The notes beneath the pieces were generated by a model that was not told the DNA's origin, made no database searches, and worked only from the letters and a program-made list of their open reading frames with translations. From Chthoniobacteraceae bacterium (GTDB lineage: Bacteria; Verrucomicrobiota; Verrucomicrobiia; Chthoniobacterales; Chthoniobacteraceae): 56,039 bases of DNA. The DNA lies in assembly GCA_031409655.1 (NCBI GenBank), contig JANNXQ010000144.1:1-56039 (forward strand), written 5' to 3'. Every line of letters begins with the position of its first letter. The first letter of the stretch is position 1. The translations under genes and the position numbers were made by a program. This document shows, in pieces, positions 6,539-17,014 of the stretch.

Positions 6539-9424
6539 TTAGTCGAGGTAACGGAAATCGAGGCAGGCAAACAGCGTCTGGTGGAGCTGCGCCCACTGCT
6601 CGAGCGTCGGCGCGGGGCCGGTGGTGAGGAAGGTGCGGCACTTCGCCAGTTCGCCGCCTGTCGGCGCGCGGCCCAGCGTGCGGCGGAAGGCGGCGGCGAT
6701 CTTTTCCTCATCGGTGCCGGCGAGGGCCATCGTCTGCTCCGCGGCGGCGCGCGCCTGCTCGAGCACGAAGGGATGATTGAGGAAGTAGAGCGCCTGCGGG
6801 GCGACGGTGCTCACGTTGCGCTGGCCTATGGAGGCGTTGATGTCGCCGAAGTCGAAGACCTCGAAGAGCTCCAGCCGCTTATTGCGGAAGGCCGGCGTAT
6901 AGACGCTGCGGCGGGTGTCGGCGAAGACGTAGGCGTATTCGGTGTTCTGCGCGGAGAAGTTGTTGGCGTCGATGTCGCCCGCGCCGCCGATGTTCAGTCC
7001 GCCATATTTGAGGTCGAGCTTGCCGCTCACGGCGAGCAGGGTGTCGCGCAGTTGCTCAGCGTCGAGACGGCGGCGATTCGCGTGGGCGAAGAGGCGATTG
7101 TCGGGGTCTGACTTCTCACTTCTGACTTCTGACTTCTGACTTCCCTGCTGCCAGGTCCGCGAGAGCACGATCTCGCGCACCAGTTTCTTCACGCTCCAGC
7201 CTTCCTCGACGAAGCGCGTGGCGAGGTAGTCGAGCAGTTCGGGATGCGACGGCTTCTCGCCGGTCGTGCCGAAATTATCCACCGTCCGCACCAGCCCCGC
7301 GCCGAAGAGCCACATCCACACCCGATTCACGAAGACCCTCGCGGTCAGCGGATTCTCCGCGCTGGCAATCCAGTCCGCGAGTTCGCGGCGTCCGCTTTCT
7401 TTCGTGGACAGCGCGGGCTGCGGAGTCGCCAGCGCGACTTGCAGGAAACCGCGCGGCGCCATCTCCCCGCGCTGCTTCTCCAGGCCGCGCACGCGGAGGT
7501 GCGTGTCGGCGATCTCATCGTCCTCGCGCACCGCCATCGCAGTCTCGCGTTGCGGGCCGGCCTTGGTGAGTTGCTTGAGTTCGCGTTCGAGCAGCTTCAC
7601 GCGCTTCGCGGCGGCGGCGCGCTCGGGATCGGCGGCATTGCGCGTGTCGTCCGCGGCCGTCGCGTCTTCCTCGGAGAGAAATTGCAGCGCATCCACCGTC
7701 ACAAACCCGACGGTGTCGTCATTCGAGATGAGCACGTACCCCGCGCCGTCTTTCTCAAAGCGATATTTGCCCAGCGAGATGAAGCGCCCGTCGATCGGCG
7801 GGGCCGCGGATTCATCCACGAAGACCGTATCCTCGCCCTCCGCGTGGAGTATGTTCACCCGCACATTGGTCGCGCGCCCCGCGAGGTGCGCATAGGCCAG
7901 CCGCACTTCGTATTTCCCCGCCTTCGGCAACACCGGGGTAAAGGTGATCGTCTTCTCGCCTTTGCCCGCATTGAGGTCGTGCAGATAGCCCTCGCCGATG
8001 TAGCTGCGGAGGTGCTGCGACGACTTCCACTCCCCGACGACTTTCGCCTGCGTCTCGTCGAGCACGATGCCCGGCAGGTCGCCGGGCGCGATGGCCGTCC
8101 CTGGTTTGCTGGTCTCTTCGGAGACGGCTTTCGCCAGCGTCGCGAGCGCGCCCTTCGCCACCTCGATGTCCTTCTCCAGCGCCGCGATCTTCGCCTCGTG
8201 CGCCCGCAGCGCGACTTCGGTGTCGCCTTCCCCCGTCAGCGGCGCGGAGATCCAGCGCGCCACGTTGTCAGTGTAGTTGAAGAGCGTCCGCGTGGAGGAA
8301 AGGATGCCCGCCAGCGCGTAGTAGTCGCGCTGCGGCACGGGGTCGAACTTGTGATCGTGGCAGCGCGCGCAACCGATGGTCTGCCCGAGGAAGGCGCGCC
8401 CGAGCGTCTCGAGCTGCTCGTCGATCACGTCGAAGCGGAGCTGCTGTTTGTCCTGCTCTTCGTAATTGGTTGGCCCGAGCGCGAGGAAAGCGGTGGCCGT
8501 GAGATTGCGCCGCTGCTCCGCCGGAGTCGGCGCGGGAAGCAGATCACCCGCGAGTTGCTCGCGGATGAACCGATCGAAGGGCACGTCCGCATTGAACGCC
8601 TCGACGACGTAATCTCGAAAGCGCCACGCATCCTTGAAGAGCAGCGTCCGCCCGCCGCCGCTCGATTCCGCGAAGCGCGCGACATCGAGCCAGTGCCGGC
8701 CCCACTTCTCGCCGAAATGTCGGGAGGCGAGCAGGGAATCCACCACCGCAGCCACCGGTGAATGGTGAATGGTGATTGGTGATTTGTATTCCTGAACGAA
8801 CGCGTCCACCTGCTCAGGCGTCGGCGGCAGGCCGATCAGGTTGTAATACAGGCGGCGCGCGAGCACCTCCGGCTCAGCGTCGGGCGCGGGCTTCGCTCCC
8901 GCGGCTTCGATCTTCGCGAGGATGAAGCGGTCGAGATCGGTGCGCGGCCACGCGGTGTCTTTCACCGTCGGCGGCTCCGGCTTCCGCACCGGCTGATAAC
9001 TCCAAAACTTTTTCCCCTCCTCGATGCTCAGCCCCGTCTGCTTCTTCACCGCCGCACCGCCGCTGCGCGGATCGGGTGCGCCCATCTTCACCCACTCTTC
9101 CAGCACCGCGATCTCCTCCGCCGGGAGCTTCTTTTTCTCCGGCATCTGGAGATCCCGATCCGTGTAGCGGATTGCCGTGATGAAGAGACTTTTGTCCGGT
9201 TCCCCCGGCACGATCGCCGCACCCGAATCCCCGCCCGTCGCCCAACCCTCGCGTGTATCGAGCCGTAGCCCGCCCTTCACCTTCTTCTCCGTGCTGTGGC
9301 AATCGAGGCAGCGCTCGGCGAGGAGCGGGCGCACTTTTTTCTCGAAGAAAGCGAGGCCCTCATTGGCCCCGGCGCGAACGACAGCGAAGAGAGACAGGGC
9401 AGCGGCGAGCAGGCGGGGAAGCAT
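6539..9424 (-). CDS. Planctomycete cytochrome c / DUF1549 / DUF1553 (PSD1) protein with an inserted CBM-like domain
   Basis: FFEKKVRPLLAERCLDCH; RHWLDVARFAES; CARCHDHKFDP; HPELLDYLA; typical partner of DUF1501. Confidence 0.9.
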   Translation of the reverse strand: MLPRLLAAALSLFAVVRAGANEGLAFFEKKVRPLLAERCLDCHSTEKKVKGGLRLDTREGWATGGDSGAAIVPGEPDKSLFITAIRYTDRDLQMPEKKKLPAEEIAVLEEWVKMGAPDPRSGGAAVKKQTGLSIEEGKKFWSYQPVRKPEPPTVKDTAWPRTDLDRFILAKIEAAGAKPAPDAEPEVLARRLYYNLIGLPPTPEQVDAFVQEYKSPITIHHSPVAAVVDSLLASRHFGEKWGRHWLDVARFAESSGGGRTLLFKDAWRFRDYVVEAFNADVPFDRFIREQLAGDLLPAPTPAEQRRNLTATAFLALGPTNYEEQDKQQLRFDVIDEQLETLGRAFLGQTIGCARCHDHKFDPVPQRDYYALAGILSSTRTLFNYTDNVARWISAPLTGEGDTEVALRAHEAKIAALEKDIEVAKGALATLAKAVSEETSKPGTAIAPGDLPGIVLDETQAKVVGEWKSSQHLRSYIGEGYLHDLNAGKGEKTITFTPVLPKAGKYEVRLAYAHLAGRATNVRVNILHAEGEDTVFVDESAAPPIDGRFISLGKYRFEKDGAGYVLISNDDTVGFVTVDALQFLSEEDATAADDTRNAADPERAAAAKRVKLLERELKQLTKAGPQRETAMAVREDDEIADTHLRVRGLEKQRGEMAPRGFLQVALATPQPALSTKESGRRELADWIASAENPLTARVFVNRVWMWLFGAGLVRTVDNFGTTGEKPSHPELLDYLATRFVEEGWSVKKLVREIVLSRTWQQGSQKSEVRSEKSDPDNRLFAHANRRRLDAEQLRDTLLAVSGKLDLKYGGLNIGGAGDIDANNFSAQNTEYAYVFADTRRSVYTPAFRNKRLELFEVFDFGDINASIGQRNVSTVAPQALYFLNHPFVLEQARAAAEQTMALAGTDEEKIAAAFRRTLGRAPTGGELAKCRTFLTTGPAPTLEQWAQLHQTLFACLDFRYLD
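7107..7141. repeat. 5 x 7-bp tandem repeat (TCTGACT) inside the PSD1 gene
   Basis: TCTGACT TCTCACT TCTGACT TCTGACT TCTGACT; encodes SQKSEVRSEKSD. Confidence 0.85.
8757..8784. repeat. 4 x 7-bp tandem repeat (GGTGAWT) inside the PSD1 gene
   Basis: GGTGAAT GGTGAAT GGTGATT GGTGATT; encodes KSPITIHHSP. Confidence 0.8.
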
Positions 9425-9599
9425 AGGTGATGGCCAGATAAGTCCGCTCGGAAGGAATTCTGGACAAATAAATTCCGCGGGCCTCCCCCAGCCGTGCCCT
9501 CGCGCACAAATCATCCGCCAAGGAATGCAGTCGGCCGCGGATAGACTGGCCAGACTCCCCACCCTTTCACCCGCGCTACTTCCATCTGCGCCGACCGAC

Positions 9600-11144
9600 A
9601 TGCGTTCCACTTTGCGTACTTCCATCACGCTGCTCTTCTCTGCGCTCGTGGCCTTCGCTTGCGCCCACGGCTTTGCTGCCGACACGCCGAACATCGTCGT
9701 CATGCTCGCCGACGACGTGGGCTACGGCGATCTCGGCTGCTACGGCGCGACGCTCGTCCAGACGCCACACCTCGACTCGCTCGCGCGCGCTGGGCGGCGT
9801 TTCACCGACGCGCATTCGCCCGGCTCGATGTGCACGCCGACCCGGCGCGCGCTGCTCACGGGCACTTATTCGTGGCGGCAGCAGCCGGGCTCGGCGATTC
9901 TCAGCGGTACCGATCCGCTGTGCATTGCGCCGGGGACGGCGACGTTGCCCGCGCTATTGAAAAAAGCCGGCTACGCGACGGGCGCGATCGGCAAGTGGCA
10001 CCTCGGTCTCGGTGGAAAAGGCGGGCCGGATTGGAATGGCGAGATCACGCCGGGGCCGCTTGAGGTCGGTTTCGACTACGCGTTCTTTTTTCCCGCGACC
10101 GGCGACCGCGTGCCGTGTCTGTATATGGAGAATCACCGCGTCGTGGGACTCGATCCCGCCGACCCGATCCGCGTGAGCTATCGCGAAAAGATCGGTGCGG
10201 AACCGACGGGGCGCGAGAACCCGGAACTGCTCAAAGTCCAAAGCCGCAATGGGCACAACGCCACGATCGTCAACGGCATCGGGCGCATCGGCTGGATGAG
10301 CGGCGGCAAGTCCGCGCGCTGGGTGGACGAAGACATGGCGGACACCCTCGCGGCCAAAGCGAGCGCCTTCATCGAGCAGCACGCGGGCGCGCCGTTTTTC
10401 CTCTACCTCGCCACGCACGGCATCCACGCGCCGCAAGCGGCGCATGCGCGCTTCAAGAATCTGAATGCGTGCGGCACCCGCGGCGAAGTGCTGGCCGAAC
10501 TCGACGACACCGTAGGCCAGGTGCTGGCGACGCTCGACCGCCTCGACCTCGCGCAGAAGACGCTGGTCATTTTCACGAGCGACAATGGCGGCGTGGTCGA
10601 GGACGGCTACGCAGGCGTCGTCAACCGCGAGCATCGCGTGAATGGCGCGCTGCACGGATTCAAGGGCTCGGGCTTTGAAGGCGGGCATCGCGTGCCCTTC
10701 ATCGCGCGCTGGCCGGGGCACATTCCCGCCGCGAGCGAAGATCACGAGCTGCTCGCGCTCACCGATCTGTGCGCCACCTTCGCCGCGCTCACCGGCACCG
10801 CGCTGCCCGACGATGCCGCGCTCGACAGCATGAACGCGCTGCCCGCGCTGCTCGGCCAGCCGCATGAGCGGCCCGCGCGCGAGACTTTCATCTCGCACGG
10901 CGCGGGCCTGCGCGGACCCTTCGGCATCCGCAGCGGGCCGTGGAAACTGGTGCAGAGCGTCGGCGGCGGCATCGGCTTCACCGCCGCCGCCCGCGAGCGT
11001 CCCGCGCGCGCCCCGCAGCTTTTCCATCTCGCGGACGATCCCGGCGAAGCGCACAACCTCGCGGCCAGACACCCCGAGAAAGTGCAGGAACTGACCGATC
11101 TCCTCGCCCGACAGCGCGCGCAAGGCCGCACGCGTCCACGTTGA
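9600..11144 (+). CDS. Arylsulfatase family (Cys-type) sulfatase
   Basis: Signal peptide; PNIVVMLADDVGYGD; CTPTR; GKWHLG; SDNG; EGGHRVP. Confidence 0.92.
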   Translation: MRSTLRTSITLLFSALVAFACAHGFAADTPNIVVMLADDVGYGDLGCYGATLVQTPHLDSLARAGRRFTDAHSPGSMCTPTRRALLTGTYSWRQQPGSAILSGTDPLCIAPGTATLPALLKKAGYATGAIGKWHLGLGGKGGPDWNGEITPGPLEVGFDYAFFFPATGDRVPCLYMENHRVVGLDPADPIRVSYREKIGAEPTGRENPELLKVQSRNGHNATIVNGIGRIGWMSGGKSARWVDEDMADTLAAKASAFIEQHAGAPFFLYLATHGIHAPQAAHARFKNLNACGTRGEVLAELDDTVGQVLATLDRLDLAQKTLVIFTSDNGGVVEDGYAGVVNREHRVNGALHGFKGSGFEGGHRVPFIARWPGHIPAASEDHELLALTDLCATFAALTGTALPDDAALDSMNALPALLGQPHERPARETFISHGAGLRGPFGIRSGPWKLVQSVGGGIGFTAAARERPARAPQLFHLADDPGEAHNLAARHPEKVQELTDLLARQRAQGRTRPR

Positions 11145-11295
11145 TTTTTATGCAGAGAAAAACGAACGCTGAAGAAACGGCGGCAATAACATGAAAAACC
11201 TGCCCTCTCTCCTTGCCGCATTCAGGGATACGCGCAAACAGGGACAGCTGATGCGGCAGGTCGCGCGCAGCGCCTCGCGCAGCAGCCCGCTTTCC

Positions 11296-12285
11296 ATGAA
11301 CCACCCATCGCTCTCCCGCCTGATTCCTTCGCTCGCTCTCGTCTTCGCGTCCACCCTCCTCGCGGCGCAGCCGGCGGCACCTCTCCGCATTCTCGAAGGC
11401 CACCAGGGCTCGGTGCTGTCGGTCGAGTTTTCCTCCGATGGCCGGACGCTTGTGAGCAGCAGCCGCGACCACACGATCAAGTGCTGGGATGTCGCGTCGG
11501 GCCAGCTCCAGCGCACGCTCACCGAGCACACCCTCGATGTGTATGGCGTCGTCTTTTCGCCGAAGGGCGATCTGCTGGCGAGTTGCAGCGGGGATAAGAC
11601 GATCCGCCTCTGGAATGCGCAATCGCTCGCCACGCTGCGCACGCTCGAAGGCCACACCGATGTGGTGCGTGCCGTGGCCTTCTCGCCGGACCAGCGCACG
11701 CTCGCGAGCGTGAGTCTCGACCAGACCGCGCGGCTGTGGGACGTGGCGAGTGGGAAGCTGCGGCACACGCTCCGCGGTCACACCGCGCGGGTGAAGTCGG
11801 TCGTCTTCGCGCACGATGGCACGTGGATCGCGACCGCGGCCACCGACCGGACGATCCGCATCTGGGACACGCGCAGCGGCGCGCAGAAGGCGCAGTTCGA
11901 AGGTCACACCGGCGACATCGAGAAGCTCGCACTTTCGCCCGATGGCAAGCGGCTCGCGAGCAGTAGCGGCGACACCACTATCCGCATCTGGGAGATCGCG
12001 ACGGGAAAATCGCTGAGGATTCTGGAAGGACACAGCGCGGAGGTGGACGCGGTCGCGTTTTCTCCCGATGGCAGGACGCTGGCGAGCGGATCGAAGGATA
12101 CGACCATCAAGTTGTGGGATGCGGCGACGGGTCGTGCGCTGCGCACGATCACCGGCCACACCGGGCGCGTCGAGTCGCTCACCTTTTCACCCGACGGAGA
12201 CACGATCGCGAGCGGCGGCGGCGGCGGCGATACCTCGATCCGGCTGTGGGATGTGAGCGCGCGGGCCGCTGACTCGAAGCGGTGA
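11296..12285 (+). CDS. Secreted WD40 repeat protein
   Basis: Signal peptide then seven GH..V..V.FSPDG..LAS.S.D.TI(R/K)LWD-like repeats. Confidence 0.92.
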   Translation: MNHPSLSRLIPSLALVFASTLLAAQPAAPLRILEGHQGSVLSVEFSSDGRTLVSSSRDHTIKCWDVASGQLQRTLTEHTLDVYGVVFSPKGDLLASCSGDKTIRLWNAQSLATLRTLEGHTDVVRAVAFSPDQRTLASVSLDQTARLWDVASGKLRHTLRGHTARVKSVVFAHDGTWIATAATDRTIRIWDTRSGAQKAQFEGHTGDIEKLALSPDGKRLASSSGDTTIRIWEIATGKSLRILEGHSAEVDAVAFSPDGRTLASGSKDTTIKLWDAATGRALRTITGHTGRVESLTFSPDGDTIASGGGGGDTSIRLWDVSARAADSKR

Positions 12286-12305
12286 GATTTGACGCAAGCC
12301 ACGAT

Positions 12306-13670
12306 ATGAAATCCAAGACTCACATCAGCCGGACATGCCTGCCGTCCCAGCCGTGCATCGCGCTGCTCGGCCTTGTCGCGGCACTGCTCGCTGTGGGCAC
12401 GCTGGAGAGCGCTGAAAGCGTCCCGCAACCCGCCCGGCCCAACATCCTCTTCATCCTCGCCGATGATTTAGGCATCGATGGTCTCGGCTGTTACGGCTCG
12501 GAACGGTTCAAGAACAAGACGCCGAACATCGACGCGCTCGCACAGACTGGGACGCGCTTCGAGCGCTGTTACGCGGCGCCAGTCTGCGGGCCTTCGCGGT
12601 GCCTGCTCATCACTGGCCGATATGGCTTCCGCACCGGAGGTCTATCCAATGGCACCGCGGGCCTGCTGACGCCCAGGCAGGAGCCTTCGGTCGCGCGGAT
12701 CCTCAAGCAATCCGGCTATGTGACCGGCATGGCGGGCAAGTGGCGGCAGATGAGCGGGCTGGCGGGCGAGTGGGGCTTCGACGATTACCGGATGTCCGAC
12801 GTGGCCGCGAGTCCGTCGCAGGTAATGAGCTACACCGAGAATGGCAGGAAGGTGCAAAAGGAGGAGGGCGCGTTTTATCCCGACGTGCAGCAGGCGTTTG
12901 CCCTGGAGTTTCTGCGCCGGCACCGCGACCAGCCATTCTTCTTCTACTACGCATCGCACCTCGTGCATGACCCGATCACGGCCACGCCAGACACCAAGCC
13001 TGGCGAGACGAGCAAGGCCGCTCGCTACGACGGCTATGTCGCCTATCTCGACAAGCAAGTGGGCGAGTTAGTCGCAGAATTGGATAAGTTAGGGTTGCGG
13101 GAGCGGACGTTGATTCTGTGCTCAGCCGACAATGGCACCGATGCGGGATTCGGGCCGATCGCTGAGCGGAATAAGCAGCTCGGAAGAAGCAGCACGATTG
13201 GCGGGCGCCGACTGTGGGGCGGTAAGCGCGACCTGACGGACGGGGGAGCCAACGTGCCGCTCATCGCCAGTTGGAAGGGCACGACGCCCGCCGGGCGTGT
13301 GCTGCGGGACTTGGTGGATTTTACCGACCTGCTGCCGACCTTCGCGGAACTCGCCGGTGCGCCGCTGCCACCGGGGGTGAAATTCGACGGACGCAGTTTT
13401 GCGCCGCAGTTGCGCGGGAAAAAAGCCACACCGCGCGAGTGGGTCTTCTCGCAACTCGGCAACGAATGGTTCGTGCGCGACGACGCCTGGAAGCTGAACC
13501 AACGCGGCGAGTTCTTCGACATGACGGACGCGCCCTTCGCAGAAAAACCGGTGCCGGAGAACGCGACGGATTCCGCGACCGTCACCGCACGGAAACGACT
13601 GCAAGCGGTGCTCGCGGAGTTGAATCCTGCCGCGGGCAAGACCGAGCCCCCGCCGAAAAAGGCGAAGTAA
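12306..13670 (+). CDS. Sulfatase (Cys-type)
   Basis: PNILFILADDLG; CGPSR; GKW; ADNG. Confidence 0.9.
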   Translation: MKSKTHISRTCLPSQPCIALLGLVAALLAVGTLESAESVPQPARPNILFILADDLGIDGLGCYGSERFKNKTPNIDALAQTGTRFERCYAAPVCGPSRCLLITGRYGFRTGGLSNGTAGLLTPRQEPSVARILKQSGYVTGMAGKWRQMSGLAGEWGFDDYRMSDVAASPSQVMSYTENGRKVQKEEGAFYPDVQQAFALEFLRRHRDQPFFFYYASHLVHDPITATPDTKPGETSKAARYDGYVAYLDKQVGELVAELDKLGLRERTLILCSADNGTDAGFGPIAERNKQLGRSSTIGGRRLWGGKRDLTDGGANVPLIASWKGTTPAGRVLRDLVDFTDLLPTFAELAGAPLPPGVKFDGRSFAPQLRGKKATPREWVFSQLGNEWFVRDDAWKLNQRGEFFDMTDAPFAEKPVPENATDSATVTARKRLQAVLAELNPAAGKTEPPPKKAK

Positions 13671-13699
13671 ACTCACACTACCGAGTCAACCCCCCAAAA

Positions 13700-16216
13700 A
13701 TGAACTCCCCACATTCCACGGCAAAAAGACTCCTCCGCACGCTGGCTATTCTCAATGCGCTGCTGACAGCGTTGCCGGCTTGGGCGCAACTGGACACGGC
13801 CAAACCCGCGCAACCGGGCGACGCTCCCAACGCGACGGACGAGGCTGCCCGGCAGCCTGGCCGCGGAAAAGCTGCTGCTGCCAAGGATGTCGGCCCGGAT
13901 GGCACGACTCTAAACAAAAGAGATCGCAAAGCGCTAAAGCGAGAGAAGCAACGGGAAGCGATGCTCAAGCGCATTGAACGACTCCAAGGCAAACCATCGG
14001 GCAGAGCCACACTGGCGCCCGCACTTCCCACGATTCCCAATCCTTACCAATTCACCGAGGACTTCGACCGGAGTGTGAACTGGGAGCAGAAGGACAATCG
14101 CGGCGGCAAAGCAAACATCGGCTACGGCTACTCCGGCACGAACCATCTCGTCTCCGCTGGTTGCGCTCACGGTGAAATCGGCGGCTCAGTTTCCGACGGT
14201 GCCATCTCCTGGTATGCGGACAATATCGCTGGCGGCTTAACCCTGCTCGATGCGGATACGCCCCTCAACGCTTCCGGCTGGTGCATCTTCACCGCGATGC
14301 AGGGCAACGCCAATGTTGGCTGGTTCAACTCCGAGACTTATTCCGCTCCCGATGTTGCGCCGGATGCATTCATCGGCTGGCGTCAGGAGGGCTCCGTCAT
14401 TCGCGCGGCATTGGGCCATACCGGCTCCCCATTCCTCAATGGTCCGCCGCTGGCCGTGTCCGATGGCAAGCCCTTCCAATGGACGCTCAGCTACACACCG
14501 ATCGGCGGGACCAATGCCTGCGGCCAGATTACGCTCACGGTTGGCGGCATTGCGTCCACACTCTCGCTCAGCAAGGAACAGAAAGACGCGCTCGCGGCCA
14601 ACAAGTTCAACCGCTTCGGCATCGTCACGGCTCAAACCGGTTCCCAGACCAGCACCCTTTGGCTCGATAACCTGGCTTACACCAGAATTTCGGGCTTTCC
14701 CGTGCCGCACGCGGAAGCGACGGCGCACACCCGCACCGCGTTCTTCGACACCGATCCCACCGGCTCCACTTTCTTCGCGGTCAACAATCTGAGCCCGCAC
14801 GAACCGGCGACCGTCATCCAGGACTATGGATACCAGCCTGCAGGCGGACGTACGGGCGGCTGCGTCGGTGGCCGCTTCTCGCCAGCCATCGGGATATCTT
14901 ACTATGGCTACGACTATGGCGAAAAAATGCTGCACTTCAGTGACAAGCTGCGGTCGGAAGGGTGGTTTCAAGTCCCCGATTATGAAGGGCGCTGTTTCCA
15001 CCTTGGCTGGACGAGCAAACATGGCAAAAGCTGGCACGAGCCGAGCTCGCTCGCGATTCGCATGAGCAGCATTAGCATCAAAGGCAAGGGCCGGTGCATC
15101 AATGTCGCGGCCGAGGGCACGCTGAAAAACTGCGAAGGCCACGGCGGAGCTGGCTGGGGGGCGATCACCACCTTCCCGGCGGGTCCGGAGTGGCATCACT
15201 ATGTCATGGAATTGGATCCCACCGGTGCCTACGGCCTTGGAACATTCACGGTCCAAATCGACGGCACGTCCAAGGTCTTCCATTTTGGTGAGGAGAAGAT
15301 CAAGAAGGGCGGTGACATCGAGATTTTCGGCATGTGGAATGCAAAACTTCCTGCCGAAGAAGCGCCGATCACCGCATATCTCGACGACGTGACGAACACG
15401 ACCAACGGCCAGCGCGACCCCGCCTCGAATGATTTCAACTCGGTGCCCGCCGCCTGGGTGGGCCAAAATAACACCTTCACGGCCAAGGACTACATTGTCC
15501 GTCCCTATCATCAATTCGGATGGGCCAGGGCATTGTCGTACCTCGATGGGTCGAACGGCTACTCTCCCATGTACACCATTCCGGAGAGCGACCGCTACTG
15601 CATGGGCGGGATCATTTATCTGGCCAGTTTCGAGAATCTGAATGTTCCTCGCGCTTCGTACGGCGCCAGCCTGAATGGCACATTGAACGCCAGGGATCAT
15701 CACATGTACGTCACCGGCAGGTTCAAGATCGATTGGGCGAATGTGGACGCCGGCGAGTTGATTGGCTGGTACAACAGTGCCACTGCCTGCGACCAGGTGA
15801 CGGGAGGAAAAGGCCATGGTCTCCCGAACAAGTTTTTGGGAGTGACCGTTTCCGCCGGGAGCAACGGCTATGGGATGATTCCCTCCTATCGCTCTCCCCT
15901 CAAGCCCGAGGAGCAGATGCTCAAGGCATGGAACCCTGCCACGCGCGTCTATGAGGATGGTGAATGGCGCGAGTTTTATATGGAATACGATCCTGATGGC
16001 GCCGGAGGCCGGGGCCAATTCAAACTTCAACTGGGCAAAGACGGCACGCCGGTCATCTATGATCTCGAAGACGGAGCGAAGGGCGCGGATTTCGCGTTCG
16101 ACCGCTTTGGGCTGCTGACCCACCGGAAGGGAGGCGGCAAACCTCACGCGATCTACTTCGACAAGCTGACCTACACCGTGGCCGCCGCCAAATGGCCGGC
16201 GGCGCAAGTTCCCTGA
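13700..16216 (+). CDS. Secreted protein of unknown function with about three copies of a beta-rich domain
   Basis: Signal peptide; recurring GYS/GEIGG, GW(F/Y), (Y/L)DPxGxxGxG, F(N/D)RFG, (Y/W)(L/F)DxLxY motifs. Confidence 0.8.
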   Translation: MNSPHSTAKRLLRTLAILNALLTALPAWAQLDTAKPAQPGDAPNATDEAARQPGRGKAAAAKDVGPDGTTLNKRDRKALKREKQREAMLKRIERLQGKPSGRATLAPALPTIPNPYQFTEDFDRSVNWEQKDNRGGKANIGYGYSGTNHLVSAGCAHGEIGGSVSDGAISWYADNIAGGLTLLDADTPLNASGWCIFTAMQGNANVGWFNSETYSAPDVAPDAFIGWRQEGSVIRAALGHTGSPFLNGPPLAVSDGKPFQWTLSYTPIGGTNACGQITLTVGGIASTLSLSKEQKDALAANKFNRFGIVTAQTGSQTSTLWLDNLAYTRISGFPVPHAEATAHTRTAFFDTDPTGSTFFAVNNLSPHEPATVIQDYGYQPAGGRTGGCVGGRFSPAIGISYYGYDYGEKMLHFSDKLRSEGWFQVPDYEGRCFHLGWTSKHGKSWHEPSSLAIRMSSISIKGKGRCINVAAEGTLKNCEGHGGAGWGAITTFPAGPEWHHYVMELDPTGAYGLGTFTVQIDGTSKVFHFGEEKIKKGGDIEIFGMWNAKLPAEEAPITAYLDDVTNTTNGQRDPASNDFNSVPAAWVGQNNTFTAKDYIVRPYHQFGWARALSYLDGSNGYSPMYTIPESDRYCMGGIIYLASFENLNVPRASYGASLNGTLNARDHHMYVTGRFKIDWANVDAGELIGWYNSATACDQVTGGKGHGLPNKFLGVTVSAGSNGYGMIPSYRSPLKPEEQMLKAWNPATRVYEDGEWREFYMEYDPDGAGGRGQFKLQLGKDGTPVIYDLEDGAKGADFAFDRFGLLTHRKGGGKPHAIYFDKLTYTVAAAKWPAAQVP

Positions 16217-16234
16217 ACACGCCTCGCGATCCCC

Positions 16235-16617
16235 ATGAAAACAAAATCCATCTCTCCATTACTCCGCTGCTCGCGCTGCTACGCCTGGTCGCGGCACTGC
16301 TCGCGGTGGGCGCACTGGAGAGCGCGGAAAGCGTCCCGAAACCGGCCCGGCCCAACATCCTCTTCATCCTCGGCGATGATCTCGGCATCATCTTCTCGCA
16401 ACTCGGCAACGAATGGATCGGGCGCGACGACGCCTCGAAGCTGAACCAACGCGGCGAACTCTTCGACATGACGGACGCGCCCTTCGCGGAAAAACCGGTG
16501 CCGGAGAATGCGACGAATCCCGCGACCGTCACCGCGCGGAAACGACTGCGAGCGGTGCTGGCGGAGTTGAATCCGGCCACGGGCAAAACCGATCCCGCGC
16601 CGAAAAAGGCGAAGTAA
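16235..16617 (+). pseudogene. Internally deleted, frameshifted copy of sulfatase 12306-13670
   Basis: PNILFILGDDLGI is joined directly to IFSQLGNEW..PKKAK*; near-identical DNA to ~12360-12476 and 13443-13670; ATG 16235 is out of frame. Confidence 0.9.
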
Positions 16618-16645
16618 CTCACACGACCGGGTCAACCCATCCGCC

Positions 16646-17014
16646 ATGAAGCATCTCGTCCGTTTCATCCTCACATTTTGCGTGATGGCCGGTGAGCCAG
16701 CGATCCACGCTGCCTCGATGCTTCCCGTGCAGCAGTTCCAAGCCTTCGGCGCGGATCCCGCGTGGGAGAGTGCAAACAACCGCGCCGGGCCGGTGCCTTG
16801 CACGCGCACGGTCACGCAGGATTTCCGCTATCGATCCAGCAGCGCGAATGCGGGTGGTGTGGCGGGAGAAATGGGCGGGCGCGTCAATCGCGCCCCCAGG
16901 CCGTCCTACTACGCGAAGGTCATCGCACCGAAGACGCTGAACGACCCGCTCACCGCATCGGGGCGGGTTCTATCGCATCCGGGTGCTTTTTTGAAATCAA
17001 CCCACTCCATCCCC
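16646..17014 (+). pseudogene. Truncated 5' fragment of a paralog of the repeated-domain family, running in frame into the next gene
   Basis: Signal peptide + FGADPAWE..TQDFRY..AGGVAGEMGG..LTASG, then intergenic-like sequence and a second ATG + signal peptide at 17015. Confidence 0.6.
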
